Under the pieces are notes generated by a model that made no database searches, was not told the DNA's origin, and worked only from the letters and a program-made list of their open reading frames with translations. The position numbers and the translations under genes are program-made. 64,000 bases of DNA from Candidatus Latescibacterota bacterium (GTDB lineage Bacteria; Latescibacterota; UBA2968; GCA-2709665): assembly GCA_965226795.1 (NCBI GenBank), contig CBDDDZ010000005.1, positions 1,760,001 through 1,824,000 of the forward strand, given 5' to 3'. Positions 21,413 through 31,826 of the stretch are shown piece after piece. How positions within the stretch are numbered: the stretch's first letter is position 1; every line of letters starts with the position of its first letter.

Positions 21413-21519
21413 CCCGAACCGCCCCTGGATTTTCCCCGCTTGGCGGGGCCGGCAAAATAAAAGCCGGAAAGATACGCTGTGCGCAGACCGTTGCTCGCCG
21501 GTAGCGAAGGAATCCATCC

Positions 21520-22572
21520 TTGAATCGTATTGGAATCGGCGTTGTCAGCCATGCTCACGGCCACGTCGGAACCTACTGTGGGGTGATGAAAGGGTTCGAA
21601 GACGTCGAACTGGTCGCCGTGTGGGACGACAACCAAGACCGGGGCAGGTTGGCTGTCAGTCGCTTTGGAATGGACTTTCGCCCTTCTGTCGACGAATTGC
21701 TGAACGACGGGCGCATCCAGGCCGTCATGATCGGAGTCGAAACCAACCGACACGCGGAATTTGTGGAACGGGCCGCAGCAGCCGGTAAACACATCCTCTG
21801 TCAGAAACCGCTCGCCACGACGCTCGAAGACTGCGACCGCATCTCTGCCGCCGTAAAAAAGCACGGTGTCAAGTTCAGCATGGCCTTCCAGATGCGGCAG
21901 GATCCCGTCAACCGGAAGATCAAATCCCTGTTGGAAGAAGGCGCCGTGGGAAACGTCGCGGTCGTCCGCCGCCGCCATTGTATCAACGTGCTCCTCAATA
22001 CCGATTTTGTCAACGGCCCCTCTCGCTGGCACTTCGATCCCGAGTCCAATATCGGCATGTTCTTCGACGACGCGATGCACGCGGCGGACTGGTTCTACTG
22101 GATGCTGGGGAAGCCCGTCAGCGTCATGGCCGAAATCCACGCCGTTGTTACGGACGTTTCACCCGACGACAACGGCGTGGCCATCTATCGGTTCAGGAAC
22201 GGCGAAATCGGCGTCCTTTACAACTCCTCCACGGCCGTGGCAGGCGTCAACACCACCGAAATAGACGGCGACGCCGGCACCCTCATCCAGGACTACGGCG
22301 ATGCCCCCTCCACCGGTCCGCCTCGGCCCGAAGACGCCGTTCCGCTGCGCCTGATGCGCAAAGACCACGCCGAATGGACCTCTTTTCAGATGCCCATCCC
22401 CGCGGGCCAGGGCGAACGCATCGAAGCCGTCCCCCGTCCGTTTGTGGACTATGTACGCGGCCTTACGGACGAAACCATTTCCGCGGATGAGGGCAGGGTT
22501 TCCGTAGAAATGGTGCTGGGCGCATACCAATCCAGCATCGAAGGCCGCCGGGTCGTTTTTCCAATTACCTAA
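21520..22572 (+). CDS. Gfo/Idh/MocA oxidoreductase
   Basis: IGVVSHAHGH, GKHILCQKPLA, GMFFDDAMHAAD; TTG start. Confidence 0.9.
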   Translation: MNRIGIGVVSHAHGHVGTYCGVMKGFEDVELVAVWDDNQDRGRLAVSRFGMDFRPSVDELLNDGRIQAVMIGVETNRHAEFVERAAAAGKHILCQKPLATTLEDCDRISAAVKKHGVKFSMAFQMRQDPVNRKIKSLLEEGAVGNVAVVRRRHCINVLLNTDFVNGPSRWHFDPESNIGMFFDDAMHAADWFYWMLGKPVSVMAEIHAVVTDVSPDDNGVAIYRFRNGEIGVLYNSSTAVAGVNTTEIDGDAGTLIQDYGDAPSTGPPRPEDAVPLRLMRKDHAEWTSFQMPIPAGQGERIEAVPRPFVDYVRGLTDETISADEGRVSVEMVLGAYQSSIEGRRVVFPIT

Positions 22573-22573
22573 G

Positions 22574-23876
22574 ATGGCGACGAATCTACTCTTTATCACC
22601 ACCGACCAGCAGCGCCGGGACAGCCTCCCATGCTACGGCCTCGACTTTATGCGGACGCCCGCGCTGGACCGCCTGGCTGACGAGGGGCTCGTCTTCGACC
22701 GCTGTATCGTCCCGGCGCCCGTCTGCGTCCCATGTCGCGCCTCCATCATGGGAGGACAATACCCATCCAACACGGGCGTCCTCGGCAACGACAGCTGGCT
22801 GCCCGACCACGTTCCCACCTGGCCCGCCCCTATTTCAGCGACCGGCAGGCGGACTGCCGCCATTGGAAAGATGCACTTTCATCCGTGGGACGATCTCAAG
22901 GGATTCGATGAACGCATCACAGCCGAAGACAAGCGCCACTTCTACCTGCCAGACGACCATGTGCGGTTCCTGAAAAGCCACGGGCTGGAGCGCCCCTGAT
23001 CCGTTCGCCGTTTGGGTCAGCTTTTCCGGTCCCCACGACCCCTACGATCCGCCCGAGGAGATGGCGGATCTTTACTACAACGCCCCGATTCCCGAGCCGG
23101 TCGGCTCAGCCGAAGAACTCGCGCACAAACCCCCGGCGCAGCGCGAAAGAGGACGGGGCGCCAGGAACAGTTCGGTGTACCGCATCGACTTCTCCCGGGC
23201 CACTCCTGAGCACTACCGACGGTGGCGGGCACACTATTATGCCAATATCACGCTCATCGACGAAGGCATCGGAAAAATCCTTTCGGCTCTGGAGTCGGCC
23301 GGCGTCCTGGAGGAGACGCTCATCATCTTCACCTCCGATCACGGCGACGCCCTGGGCGACCACGGCCTGTCCTTCAAGACTTTTTTTTACGACTCCATGG
23401 TCCGGGTGCCTCTCATCGTTCGCGGCCCCGGCGTCCCACGGAAGCGTAGATCCGCCTCCCTCGTGAGCACCCTCGATCTGATTCCACTCATTTATCGTAC
23501 GTGCGGCGTCGCGCCTCCGGAGACCCTTCAGGGAGTGGACATCTCACCCTTGCTTCAGAACCCCTCCGCCTGCATTCGGGACGCCGCATTCAGCGAGATA
23601 GAAGGCCGGACTATGGTGATGACCGACCGTTACAAGTACGCTCGATACCGCGACGGCTCGGCCGAACTCTACGACCGGAACGCCGATCCGGACGAAGTCG
23701 TCAATCTCTCGGGCGACTCCCGGCACGCCGAAACCGAGCGCGACCTCATGGCCCGTCTACTGGATCACTCGTTGGACAACCAGACCTTCCAGGCGACCGC
23801 GGTCGGTGTACCCCAGAATCCCATCCGGGTCGCGCTCGAAGAGGAATACAGAAACAAGATGCGGCACCGAGGTTGA
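22574..23876 (+). pseudogene. Cys-type sulfatase broken by a frameshift and probable internal deletion at ~22996
   Basis: NLLFITTDQQR, CVPCR (CxPxR), IGKMH in one frame with a stop at 22999; PFAVWVSFSGPHDPY, FTSDHG, VRVPLI, ELYD in another frame from 22995. Confidence 0.85.
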
Positions 23877-23928
23877 ATCCGAACCGTCACCTCCAGCCGG
23901 TGGCGTCGCCAATTCTTACCCAGGCAGG

Positions 23929-25176
23929 ATGAAAATCGAACTCAACGGCGTGAATTATCGCCTTCCCGAAGCCCCCGTCGCGGTCGTCTGCGTCGATGGT
24001 GGAGACCCGGAGTACCTTGAGGCGGCGCGTAGAGCCGGGGCGATTCCCACGATCGCCCTTTTCATGGATGCCGGGTACAATGGCGCCGCCCACTGTGTCA
24101 TTCCGAGCTTTACTTGTCCTAACAACCTTTCCATCGCCGCGGGCGCCCCGCCCGCGGTGCACGGGATTTCGGGCAATTTCCACCTCGACCGGCGTACCGG
24201 CAAAGCCGTGCCGATGACGGGCCCGGAGATGATGCGTTCGCGTACGATTTTCGACGTCGCGTCAAAGGCCGGCGTCGAAACGGCCGTAATCACCGCCAAG
24301 GAAAAACTCCGCAGGCAACTCGGCAATGGAATGGATGTCGGCAATGGCAACCTCTGTTTCTCCTCGCAATGCGCAGACCGCTGTACGCTCGAGGAGAATG
24401 GCATCCACGACGCGCTCGGTTGGGTCGGCCGGCCATTGCCAGACATGTACTCCGACGCGCTGTCGCTGTTCGTGCTCGACGCCGGCGTCCGGTTCCTCGA
24501 AAAGGACAACCGGCCGCGTCTGGCGTACCTGTCTCTGACGGACTACGTACAGCACATGTACCCACCGGATCATCCGGCGGCACTCGGTTTTTATCGATCG
24601 CTCGACCGGCGCTGCGCGGAACTCGATCGCCTCGGCGCGACCGTAGCTCTAGTCGCCGATCACGGCATGAAAGACAAGTGCACCCCGGAGGGTGCTTACA
24701 ATATCATTTATCTTCAGGATCTGCTGGACAGGCGTTTCGGTCCGGAAAAAACGCGTGTCATCTGTCCCATCACCGACGATTTCGTGGGGCATCACGGCTC
24801 GCTGGGGGGATTTGTCCGGGTTTACTGCTTCGACGACCTGAAGGTCAGCGACGCGATTCGCTATATAGAATCAATCGAGGGGATCGAAACTGTCATAGAG
24901 CGCGCAGAGGCGGCGGCCCGTTTCAACCTTCCGTTCGATGTCGAGGGCGACGCCGTGGCGATCGCCACCGGCGGGTTCTGTATTGGCATGACCCCGGGCG
25001 ATCACGATCTCGAAGGGCTTCATGGGGAGCGCCTGCGCTCGCACGGCGGCCTCTCCGAGCGTGAAGTGCCGTTCATCCTCAACCGCCCGCTCACCGGGGA
25101 GTACCTTGCACGCGCTGCGTCGGAACAGCTGATGAATTACCACATTTTCGAATTCGCGCTGAACGGCTTGACGTGA
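23929..25176 (+). CDS. phnA: phosphonoacetate hydrolase
   Basis: VVCVDG, PSFTCPNNLSI, HGISGN, YLSLTDYVQH, ADHGM, PITD..VGHH, LRSHGG motifs of PhnA. Confidence 0.92.
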   Translation: MKIELNGVNYRLPEAPVAVVCVDGGDPEYLEAARRAGAIPTIALFMDAGYNGAAHCVIPSFTCPNNLSIAAGAPPAVHGISGNFHLDRRTGKAVPMTGPEMMRSRTIFDVASKAGVETAVITAKEKLRRQLGNGMDVGNGNLCFSSQCADRCTLEENGIHDALGWVGRPLPDMYSDALSLFVLDAGVRFLEKDNRPRLAYLSLTDYVQHMYPPDHPAALGFYRSLDRRCAELDRLGATVALVADHGMKDKCTPEGAYNIIYLQDLLDRRFGPEKTRVICPITDDFVGHHGSLGGFVRVYCFDDLKVSDAIRYIESIEGIETVIERAEAAARFNLPFDVEGDAVAIATGGFCIGMTPGDHDLEGLHGERLRSHGGLSEREVPFILNRPLTGEYLARAASEQLMNYHIFEFALNGLT

Positions 25177-25294
25177 GGCGGCCGCAACAAGACGCGCGAA
25201 TACCCGGCAACCTTCGACACCGGTCGGGACTGCGAGCCAAACCGAGGCCGGATCTTCATTCCGAAATACCGTAAAGAAAAAAGGAGCCAGATAG

Positions 25295-25687
25295 ATGGGT
25301 TCGACGAGTCTGTTTGAAGCGGCCTTTCCGTATGCCGACGACGTACTGGCGCTACCCGTAGACGATATCGATAAGGCTTCAACCTGGTACTGTAACGCGT
25401 TTGGACTCAACGAAGTAAAACGACATCGAGATCCTGTACCCGCCGTGGTGCTGGAACGGGACGGCGTCCGGATCGGATTCGCCGTCAATGGCGGCGACCC
25501 GGGACAGGAAGGCGCCGCTATATTGGTGTCCGATATTGGGAGAGCGAGGCGGGAGCTGGAAGGGAAGGCAATCCAGATTGGGAACTGGCGCGTGGACGAA
25601 CGCGACGGGCGAAAGTTTCAGGTATTTTTCGTCGTAGCTCCGGATGGACTCTGTTATTATTTCCACCAGCCGATCGAGGGCAACTGA
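25295..25687 (+). CDS. VOC/glyoxalase family protein
   Basis: LPVDDIDKASTWY...FGL and FFVVAPDGLCYYF; AGGAG RBS. Confidence 0.8.
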   Translation: MGSTSLFEAAFPYADDVLALPVDDIDKASTWYCNAFGLNEVKRHRDPVPAVVLERDGVRIGFAVNGGDPGQEGAAILVSDIGRARRELEGKAIQIGNWRVDERDGRKFQVFFVVAPDGLCYYFHQPIEGN

Positions 25688-25714
25688 GAAAGCCGGGCTT
25701 CAAGCCCGGCTTTC
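25688..25714. terminator. perfect inverted repeat between convergent genes, likely terminator
   Basis: GAAAGCCGGGCTT-C-AAGCCCGGCTTTC immediately after the VOC stop codon. Confidence 0.7.
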
Positions 25715-26207
25715 CAAACGTACAACCTGTTGTGGGAGAGGAAGTGTGGGCAATGGTTCATCGTCCCTTCTTCCTCTTTCTCTCTTTCCAGGCGTAGGAC
25801 TTGGGTATATATGTGACGGCGTCGGGCGTCTTGCAGTTTGTTTCGCCGTGGTCGACCTCTACAGGGCCGATCCGCTTCGCGACTGCAATCGCACGGTCGT
25901 GATAGGTCGCGTTGTAAGTTCCTATCGCAATCAACGCGTTGTTCATCGCATAGCGAACCCGGTTCGGCTGGTTGTGGATCTGCTTTTCTATACGATCCAG
26001 ACACGCATCCAGGAGCGCCACGCTGATATCCTCGTGATCCTGCAGGACCTTTTCCGTGAACGTGTTCCATCCGGCGGTGGCAACCCACTCTCCTCGCCCG
26101 GATGCCCACTTTTTAAAGCGGGCCAGACCGGTCGGTGCGGCGCTTGCCAGGGCGCCCAACTCCCCTGCCAGGATCGAGTTGTCGATATCGCGCGCCCACG
26201 CGTCTAG

Positions 26208-28090
26208 TCCTAAAATAAGCGAGTTTCGTTTGCGGCACATCGATCTGTGTTTGTGTTGAGGCGTTGGTGTCGATTTATATGGAATTGGCGTTTTGGATGG
26301 TTTTTAGGGCGGTGTTTGTCGTGGTCGCTATCGTGAATTGAGTATCCGAAGTGTCGGTCAGGCGCGTGGTGGACACACCGGTGCGTTGAGGGGTGTGGGG
26401 ATGGCGCGGCGTGTGTGTGTCATCGGTCGTGCTGCATGGGTGTTATCCAAATCCGGTGCGTTCAATGATACGCCAGGTGCTGAAGAGGCGATCGAGGGTG
26501 GGTTGATAGCCGATGAGCCGTAACGTGGTGGTGTGCGCGCGTTGGATGACGTGGCAGGGAATCAAGATAATGCTGTGGATGAAGCGCCGGAATTCCATGC
26601 GGACGTACTGCTGTCGGTCCAGGTGTCGGTGCATCATCATGGCAAACCAGGATTTGAGGTTCCAGGCCAGCGCGGCGATGACCATGTAGGCCCAGTTGCT
26701 GACCAGGTCATACAGGGGCACGCGCAAGGCGTTGACGCCGTTTTTGAGTTGCTCGATGACGTTCTCCTGATCGCAGCGTTGGTTGGCACAGGCGACGATC
26801 TCGGCGGGGCTTACGTCCGTGCGTGTCGTGATATAGAAGAAATAACGGCATTCGTCGAACAGGACAAGGTCGCCCTTCATTTTGCTGATGTTCTTGCGCA
26901 GAACCACGACGCGATACACACGTTTACAGCGCGTGGGTTGGTAGTTGAACTCGGCCACGTGTTCGTGGTTGAGGACCAGGTTGGCGTAGGCCCGTTTGCG
27001 GACGATGCGCTGTTTCTCGTGGGGCTGATTGCGCTTCCGCTTCTGGTCGGTCACGGTGTGATAACGGGGTTTGCGTTGCAGGGGCTGCCATTGTGCCTCG
27101 TCGAGGGCCTCAGCACGGGAACGCATCGTCGCGTTGGCGTCCATCCCGAAGATGAAGTCGACGCTTTTGGCCCATCGATCAAAATGTCGGGTCAAGGAAA
27201 AGTCGGTGTCGCCACGTACACAGAGGCGCTTGGCGTGGGGCTGCACCAGCGCCAAGGCCGCGTCGATCCAGGGTGCCGCACCGGTGTGGCTGGGCACATT
27301 CCCCGGTCGGTTGACCAGGAAGAGCACTTCCTTCGTGTTGGAAAGTGAGATCACCAGCGGATGGTAGCCCCAGATGCCCTGGTAAGAGATGTCCATACCC
27401 CTCTTGCGCTTTCCATACGTCGGCACGTTTGTGCCGTCCACGTCGATATAGGTGATGTCACAAAGCAATTTGCGGCCACGCGATGCCCACAAGGAGGATC
27501 GCACCGCGTTGATGCACGCCATCAGTTCGACGATGTCCCGTTCCGAGAAGCGTCGGCAAAAGTCACCCGCCGTGGTCGGATCGGGAATCAACTGAGCACC
27601 CAGGGCATTCATGTAGGCCCCGTCATGTCGCAAACGCTCGATATCCTCCAGGCGCGTGCCGCCGCACAACACGTTGTAAGCGATGTTGAGCACGTGGTCC
27701 GACTCATGATAGGGCAGATGCACCTTCAACAGGGACAGCGACGCGTCGATGCGCTTGGGCAGTCCCAGCTTGGTGACCAGGCGATGCACGGCGCCGATGC
27801 CTCCGTAACTCATCGCGTCGGTGTAGGCGCCCACCTCGTAGTGCACTTTGCCAGGACTGAACATGGGCCGGGGCTGCGCCTGCCAATGCCCCGCTCGACC
27901 GTGGCGGGCGGCCACTTTGCGTTTGCGACGAGCACTGTTCCTGCGGCTGTCATCAACCGATATTCTTTTCACCGGAAAGGTCTCCTGCGTTGGAGTGATG
28001 ATTTCTAGCGCAATCCATCTATCTCCAACAACGGTAGGCCTTTCCGGTCTCTTGGACCAGAAAAATCTCACCATCACGCTTGTTTAAGGG
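26208..28090 (-). mobile_element. IS1380-family insertion sequence (~1.88 kb)
   Basis: Imperfect terminal IRs (TCCTAAAATAAGCGAG vs CCCTTAAACAAGCGTG, 12/16), CTAG(T) direct repeats at 26204 and 28091, single transposase. Confidence 0.92.
26443..28077 (-). CDS. IS1380-family DDE transposase (start uncertain, possibly ~27972)
   Basis: PDPTTAGDFCRRF, IDVDGT, GYHPL, RPGN, RGDTDF, RCDQENVIEQLK. Confidence 0.93.
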   Translation of the reverse strand: MMVRFFWSKRPERPTVVGDRWIALEIITPTQETFPVKRISVDDSRRNSARRKRKVAARHGRAGHWQAQPRPMFSPGKVHYEVGAYTDAMSYGGIGAVHRLVTKLGLPKRIDASLSLLKVHLPYHESDHVLNIAYNVLCGGTRLEDIERLRHDGAYMNALGAQLIPDPTTAGDFCRRFSERDIVELMACINAVRSSLWASRGRKLLCDITYIDVDGTNVPTYGKRKRGMDISYQGIWGYHPLVISLSNTKEVLFLVNRPGNVPSHTGAAPWIDAALALVQPHAKRLCVRGDTDFSLTRHFDRWAKSVDFIFGMDANATMRSRAEALDEAQWQPLQRKPRYHTVTDQKRKRNQPHEKQRIVRKRAYANLVLNHEHVAEFNYQPTRCKRVYRVVVLRKNISKMKGDLVLFDECRYFFYITTRTDVSPAEIVACANQRCDQENVIEQLKNGVNALRVPLYDLVSNWAYMVIAALAWNLKSWFAMMMHRHLDRQQYVRMEFRRFIHSIILIPCHVIQRAHTTTLRLIGYQPTLDRLFSTWRIIERTGFG

Positions 28091-28489
28091 CTAGTTTGGC
28101 CGCGTTCATCTTTGAGGGGTCGGCGACCCGCGCGGCCAGCGCCCTTGCGTCGTGGTTGCCTGTGGCCCACAACGCCTCCGCCAGGTGATGATCACGCTTG
28201 ATCTTCCGGACCATCTTGTTCAGGTTGGCGAAGCTCACGCCATACATCGGCGGGTGGATACCATGGCGCGAATAGACCTTGCGGTTCTGCGCAGTACCCA
28301 GTTCTACCAGCGTTGAGAGTGTTTCGTCGAGCGTCATCGTTTCCTCATTCGAGGGTAACTCCTGGCACGTTTCGCGGAGTCTTCACCGGCAACCTCGGCC
28401 GGCGTTTCGGCACAAACCTGTGGATACACCCGCAAAGGCCATCGGCGGTCGTGGGGGATACCCGGCCAAACACCCGTACGGCGCGGGTC

Positions 28490-28912
28490 TCAGTCTTCAG
28501 GATATTCGAAATTGACCTGCCACCTGATCCCGAACTTATCGACACACATACCGAAATAGGCCCCCCAGAACGTATCTGCCATCGGCATCGCCGTTTTACC
28601 GCCCTCAGAGAGCCCGGCAAGCAGCCGGTCGGCGTCATCCTTGCTGTCGGGGCTGACTGTTATGGAAAAATTGTTGCCCACCTGAGGCGGAGGACCGAAT
28701 GACGAGCAGGTGTCGCTTCCCATGAGCACACTGGAGCCGATCTGCAGCGACACGTGCATGACCCGAGCGCGTTCGTCCTCTGGTACTTGCATATCGGGAG
28801 GCCCGTCTCCATAGGTCTGGATGAACAGGAAGTCTCCGCCGAACACGGAACGGTAGAACTCAAATGCCTCCCGACACCCCTTGTTGAAGGTCAAATAGGT
28901 ATTGAGGTGCAA
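28490..28912 (-). CDS. PhnB/YjdN-like VOC family protein
   Basis: LNTYLTFNKGCREAFEFYRSVFGG, VMHVSL, MPMADTFWGAYFGMCVDKFGIRW; TTG start after GGAGG. Confidence 0.9.
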   Translation of the reverse strand: MHLNTYLTFNKGCREAFEFYRSVFGGDFLFIQTYGDGPPDMQVPEDERARVMHVSLQIGSSVLMGSDTCSSFGPPPQVGNNFSITVSPDSKDDADRLLAGLSEGGKTAMPMADTFWGAYFGMCVDKFGIRWQVNFEYPED

Positions 28913-29058
28913 AGCTTCCTCCGGGGTGATGTGCGGCAACGTGACCGCCGCGCAGGGAAATGTTGGCTTCCGCGTTCGTCATTAACCCGCGGAAGAACCG
29001 GGATTGAGCAGTCGGCGACGCCGGACGCTTCGAATCCCCCGACACCGGGCGCGTCGAC

Positions 29059-30315
29059 TTACAAGTACAGACCGATCATACATCCGGTGAGCATTGTCGC
29101 CAGGGTTCCGCCAACCAGGGATCGGAGCCCCAGACGCGCCAGGTCGCCGCGCCTGTCGGGGGCGATCCCGCCAATGCCGCCAATCATGATTGCTACGGAT
29201 CCGAAGTTGGCAAATCCGCACAGGGCGTACGTCGCGATAACAAAGGCTCGTTGATTGAGCGGCTCGGGCCCGTTCATCAGCCGGGCAAGATCCAGGTAGG
29301 CCACGAACTCGTTCAGAATCGTCTTCAGACCCATCAGTTCGCCAACGGTGCGGGCTTCGGCCCAGGAAATTCCCATAAGCCAGACGAACGGGCGAAACAC
29401 GCCGCCCGCGGCCGCCTGGAGGCTCCAGCCGCTGGACCCCGCGTTGACCAATACATCTATCTTGCCGATAACGAGATTTGCCAGGGCGACGAGTCCGATG
29501 AACGCGACAAGCATGGCCAGAATGTTGATTACCAGGTGCATGCCCTCTGCGGCGCCCCGAGCCGCGGCATCGAGACCGTTCATCGTGTCGTCTCGAGGGA
29601 GTTCCACCCGGTGGCGCGAGGTGAGGGGCTCCCCCGTCTCCGGGATCATCAGTTTGGACACCGCGATCGCCGCTGGCGCGCTGATCAGCGAAGCGGTGAA
29701 CAAATGGCCGGCGATGTCCGGATGGGCCGTACCCAGAATGGTCGCGTAAATCACCATCACCGTACCGGCGATCGTCGCCATGCCGACCGTCATCAGACAG
29801 AACAACTCGCTCTCGGTCATGCGGCTCACATACGGCCGTATAAGCAGCGGGGATTCCGTCATGCCCAGAAAAATATTGCCGGCGGATCCGATGCTCTCTG
29901 CCGAACTGAGCCCAAGGCACTTCTGCATGACCGCACTCAGCCGACTGATCACCCAGGGCAGGATCCTGTAGTGGTAGAGCATCCGCGAAACCGCGGCCAC
30001 AAAGATCAGTATCGCGGCGATATCCAGTGCCACGACGGGGCCGTATTTGCTCGTGAAATCGGGATTCGATAATCCCGAGAAAAGCAGCGATTCGTTGGCC
30101 TTCAGTGCGGTTTCGCGTAGCATGTCCGTGAGGGCGCCGACGACGCCGAAGACGTAATGCCGCAGCCCCGTCTTAACGAGGATGCCGGTGAGCACCAACT
30201 GCAGGCCACTGGCAACGGCGACGGTCTTCCACGGAATTTGCGTCGTGCGCCGGCCCATGCACCAGGCAATCGCCAGAAGCGCGACATATCCGATGGCACT
30301 GTGCAGCACCGTCAC
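29059..30315 (-). CDS. concentrative nucleoside transporter (NupC/CNT family)
   Basis: NIFLGMTESPLLIRPY, GMATIAG, KTILNEFVAY, YALCGFANFGS. Confidence 0.95.
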   Translation of the reverse strand: MTVLHSAIGYVALLAIAWCMGRRTTQIPWKTVAVASGLQLVLTGILVKTGLRHYVFGVVGALTDMLRETALKANESLLFSGLSNPDFTSKYGPVVALDIAAILIFVAAVSRMLYHYRILPWVISRLSAVMQKCLGLSSAESIGSAGNIFLGMTESPLLIRPYVSRMTESELFCLMTVGMATIAGTVMVIYATILGTAHPDIAGHLFTASLISAPAAIAVSKLMIPETGEPLTSRHRVELPRDDTMNGLDAAARGAAEGMHLVINILAMLVAFIGLVALANLVIGKIDVLVNAGSSGWSLQAAAGGVFRPFVWLMGISWAEARTVGELMGLKTILNEFVAYLDLARLMNGPEPLNQRAFVIATYALCGFANFGSVAIMIGGIGGIAPDRRGDLARLGLRSLVGGTLATMLTGCMIGLYL

Positions 30316-30403
30316 GGCTGGGCTCCTTTATGCGGGACGGGGATTCGTCGGGGCGTGTCCGTCCGAAAAACGGTTTGGAGTGTCGTCCTTCAGACCGGCG
30401 CAA

Positions 30404-30432
30404 ATAATAGACGAAAACGCATTTCCCGTCAA
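30404..30432 (-). promoter_or_regulatory. candidate sigma70 promoter for the nucleoside transporter
   Basis: TTGACG-17 nt-TATTAT. Confidence 0.6.
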
Positions 30433-30473
30433 GCGAATTCACTCCCAGGAGCCCGTTGTTGGCCTGGTATCTC

Positions 30474-30502
30474 TTGACAAGAATGAATGAAATCCCTATT
30501 GT
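30474..30502 (+). promoter_or_regulatory. candidate sigma70 promoter for gmd
   Basis: TTGACA-17 nt-TATTGT, back-to-back with the transporter promoter. Confidence 0.6.
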
Positions 30503-30654
30503 TGAGTTTGCCGTCGAGGTGTGGCCGGTACGTTACAACCTCGTTCCGCCTGAACCGTTTGCTCCAAAACCGTTCAATTTAAATGTGATGGAAAACAAAT
30601 ACCTGTATCCTTCAGACCAGGCGCGACCCGGAACCCTGTCCCGACGAGGTTTCC

Positions 30655-31728
30655 GTGCGGTCTGACACTTCCGAAAAGATTGCTCTGATTACCGGAATCA
30701 CCGGCCAGGACGGCTCCTATCTCGCGGAGTTTCTGATTGGAAAGGGATACATCGTTCACGGCATCATCCGCAGGGCGTCCCTGTTCAATACGGATCGGAT
30801 CGATCACCTCTTCGCCGACCCTCAAGACCCCCACCGGAGAATGATTCTGCACTATGGAGACCTTACGGACACGGCCAATCTGATTCGGATCGTTCAGGAA
30901 GTACGGCCCGACGAGATCTACAACCTGGGTGCGCAGAGTCACGTGGCGGTGTCGTTCGAGACGCCCGAATACACGGCGAAGGTTGCTGCGCTGGGGGCGC
31001 TCCATCTGCTTGAAGCCATCCGCATTTGCGGTCTCACGGATCGAACTCGCTTCTACCAGGCGTCCAGTTCGGAAATGTTCGGCGAGGCAACCGAGACGCC
31101 TCAGAGGGAATCGACGCCGTTCTATCCCCGCTCGCCATACGCCGCAGCCAAGGTATACGCCTATTGGATCACGGTGAATTACCGCGAGGCTTACGAAATT
31201 TTCGCCTGTAACGGTATCCTGTTCAACCACGAGTCCCCCGTCCGCGGCGAAACTTTCGTGACCCGGAAGATCACCCGGCGGCTTGCCCGCGTAAAAGTCG
31301 GATTGGACGAATGCGTGTACCTGGGCAATCTCGACGCGATGAGAGATTGGGGTCACGCGCGGGACTATGTCCGCGCCCAATGGCTGATGCTCCAGCAGGC
31401 CGCGCCTGACGATTACGTTATCGCATCCGGGCACCAGCACTCGGTTCGCGCGTTTGTAAACCTTGCGGCTGAATTTCTGGGTCTGGAGTTGGAGTGGCGC
31501 GGTCAGGGCGCCGACGAAGTCGCGATAAACAGGGCGACGGGAAAGGCGGTTGTACGCATCGACCCGCGGTACTTTCGGCCGACCGAAGCGCATTCACTTC
31601 TGGGAGATGCGTCGAAAGCGCGCAGCAGACTCGGCTGGCGCCCTGAAACCAGCTTCAGAGACCTGGTTCAGGAAATGGTTGAGGCCGACCAGCGCCTGGC
31701 CGAACGCGAGGCGTCGGGACACCCTTGA
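30655..31728 (+). CDS. gmd: GDP-mannose 4,6-dehydratase
   Basis: [56 protein letters not shown]. Confidence 0.97.
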   Translation: MRSDTSEKIALITGITGQDGSYLAEFLIGKGYIVHGIIRRASLFNTDRIDHLFADPQDPHRRMILHYGDLTDTANLIRIVQEVRPDEIYNLGAQSHVAVSFETPEYTAKVAALGALHLLEAIRICGLTDRTRFYQASSSEMFGEATETPQRESTPFYPRSPYAAAKVYAYWITVNYREAYEIFACNGILFNHESPVRGETFVTRKITRRLARVKVGLDECVYLGNLDAMRDWGHARDYVRAQWLMLQQAAPDDYVIASGHQHSVRAFVNLAAEFLGLELEWRGQGADEVAINRATGKAVVRIDPRYFRPTEAHSLLGDASKARSRLGWRPETSFRDLVQEMVEADQRLAEREASGHP

Positions 31729-31826
31729 ACATCGATTGACACCAATCCGAAGCTTCCGTAAGTAACTCGCGTTTCGGCCCACCAATAGCAGATCACCCAA
31801 CAGAATTGAAGGCCAAAACAGGGAGT

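Larger units (their letters stand above)
25758..28337 (-). pseudogene. DNA alkylation repair protein (AlkD-like/PF08713-type) interrupted by IS1380
   Basis: N-part 28337-28091 (HGIHPPMYGVSFANL, LAEALWATGNHDAR) and C-part 26203-25758 (NRVRYAMNNALIAIG, GPVEVDHGETNCKTP) rejoin in frame as KMNAAKLDAWARD, 230 aa. Confidence 0.9.

Noticed and set aside
19727..21517. 596-aa minus-strand ORF and many other long antisense ORFs (e.g. 8966..10015, 30574..31593, 37848..38999, 61021..62010)
   Set aside because: They shadow well-supported genes on the opposite strand, which is expected in high-GC DNA, and have no recognisable motifs
23929..28912. phnA near a PhnB-like gene suggesting a phosphonate operon
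   Set aside because: PhnB/YjdN VOC proteins are not established phosphonate enzymes; opposite strand and separated by other genes
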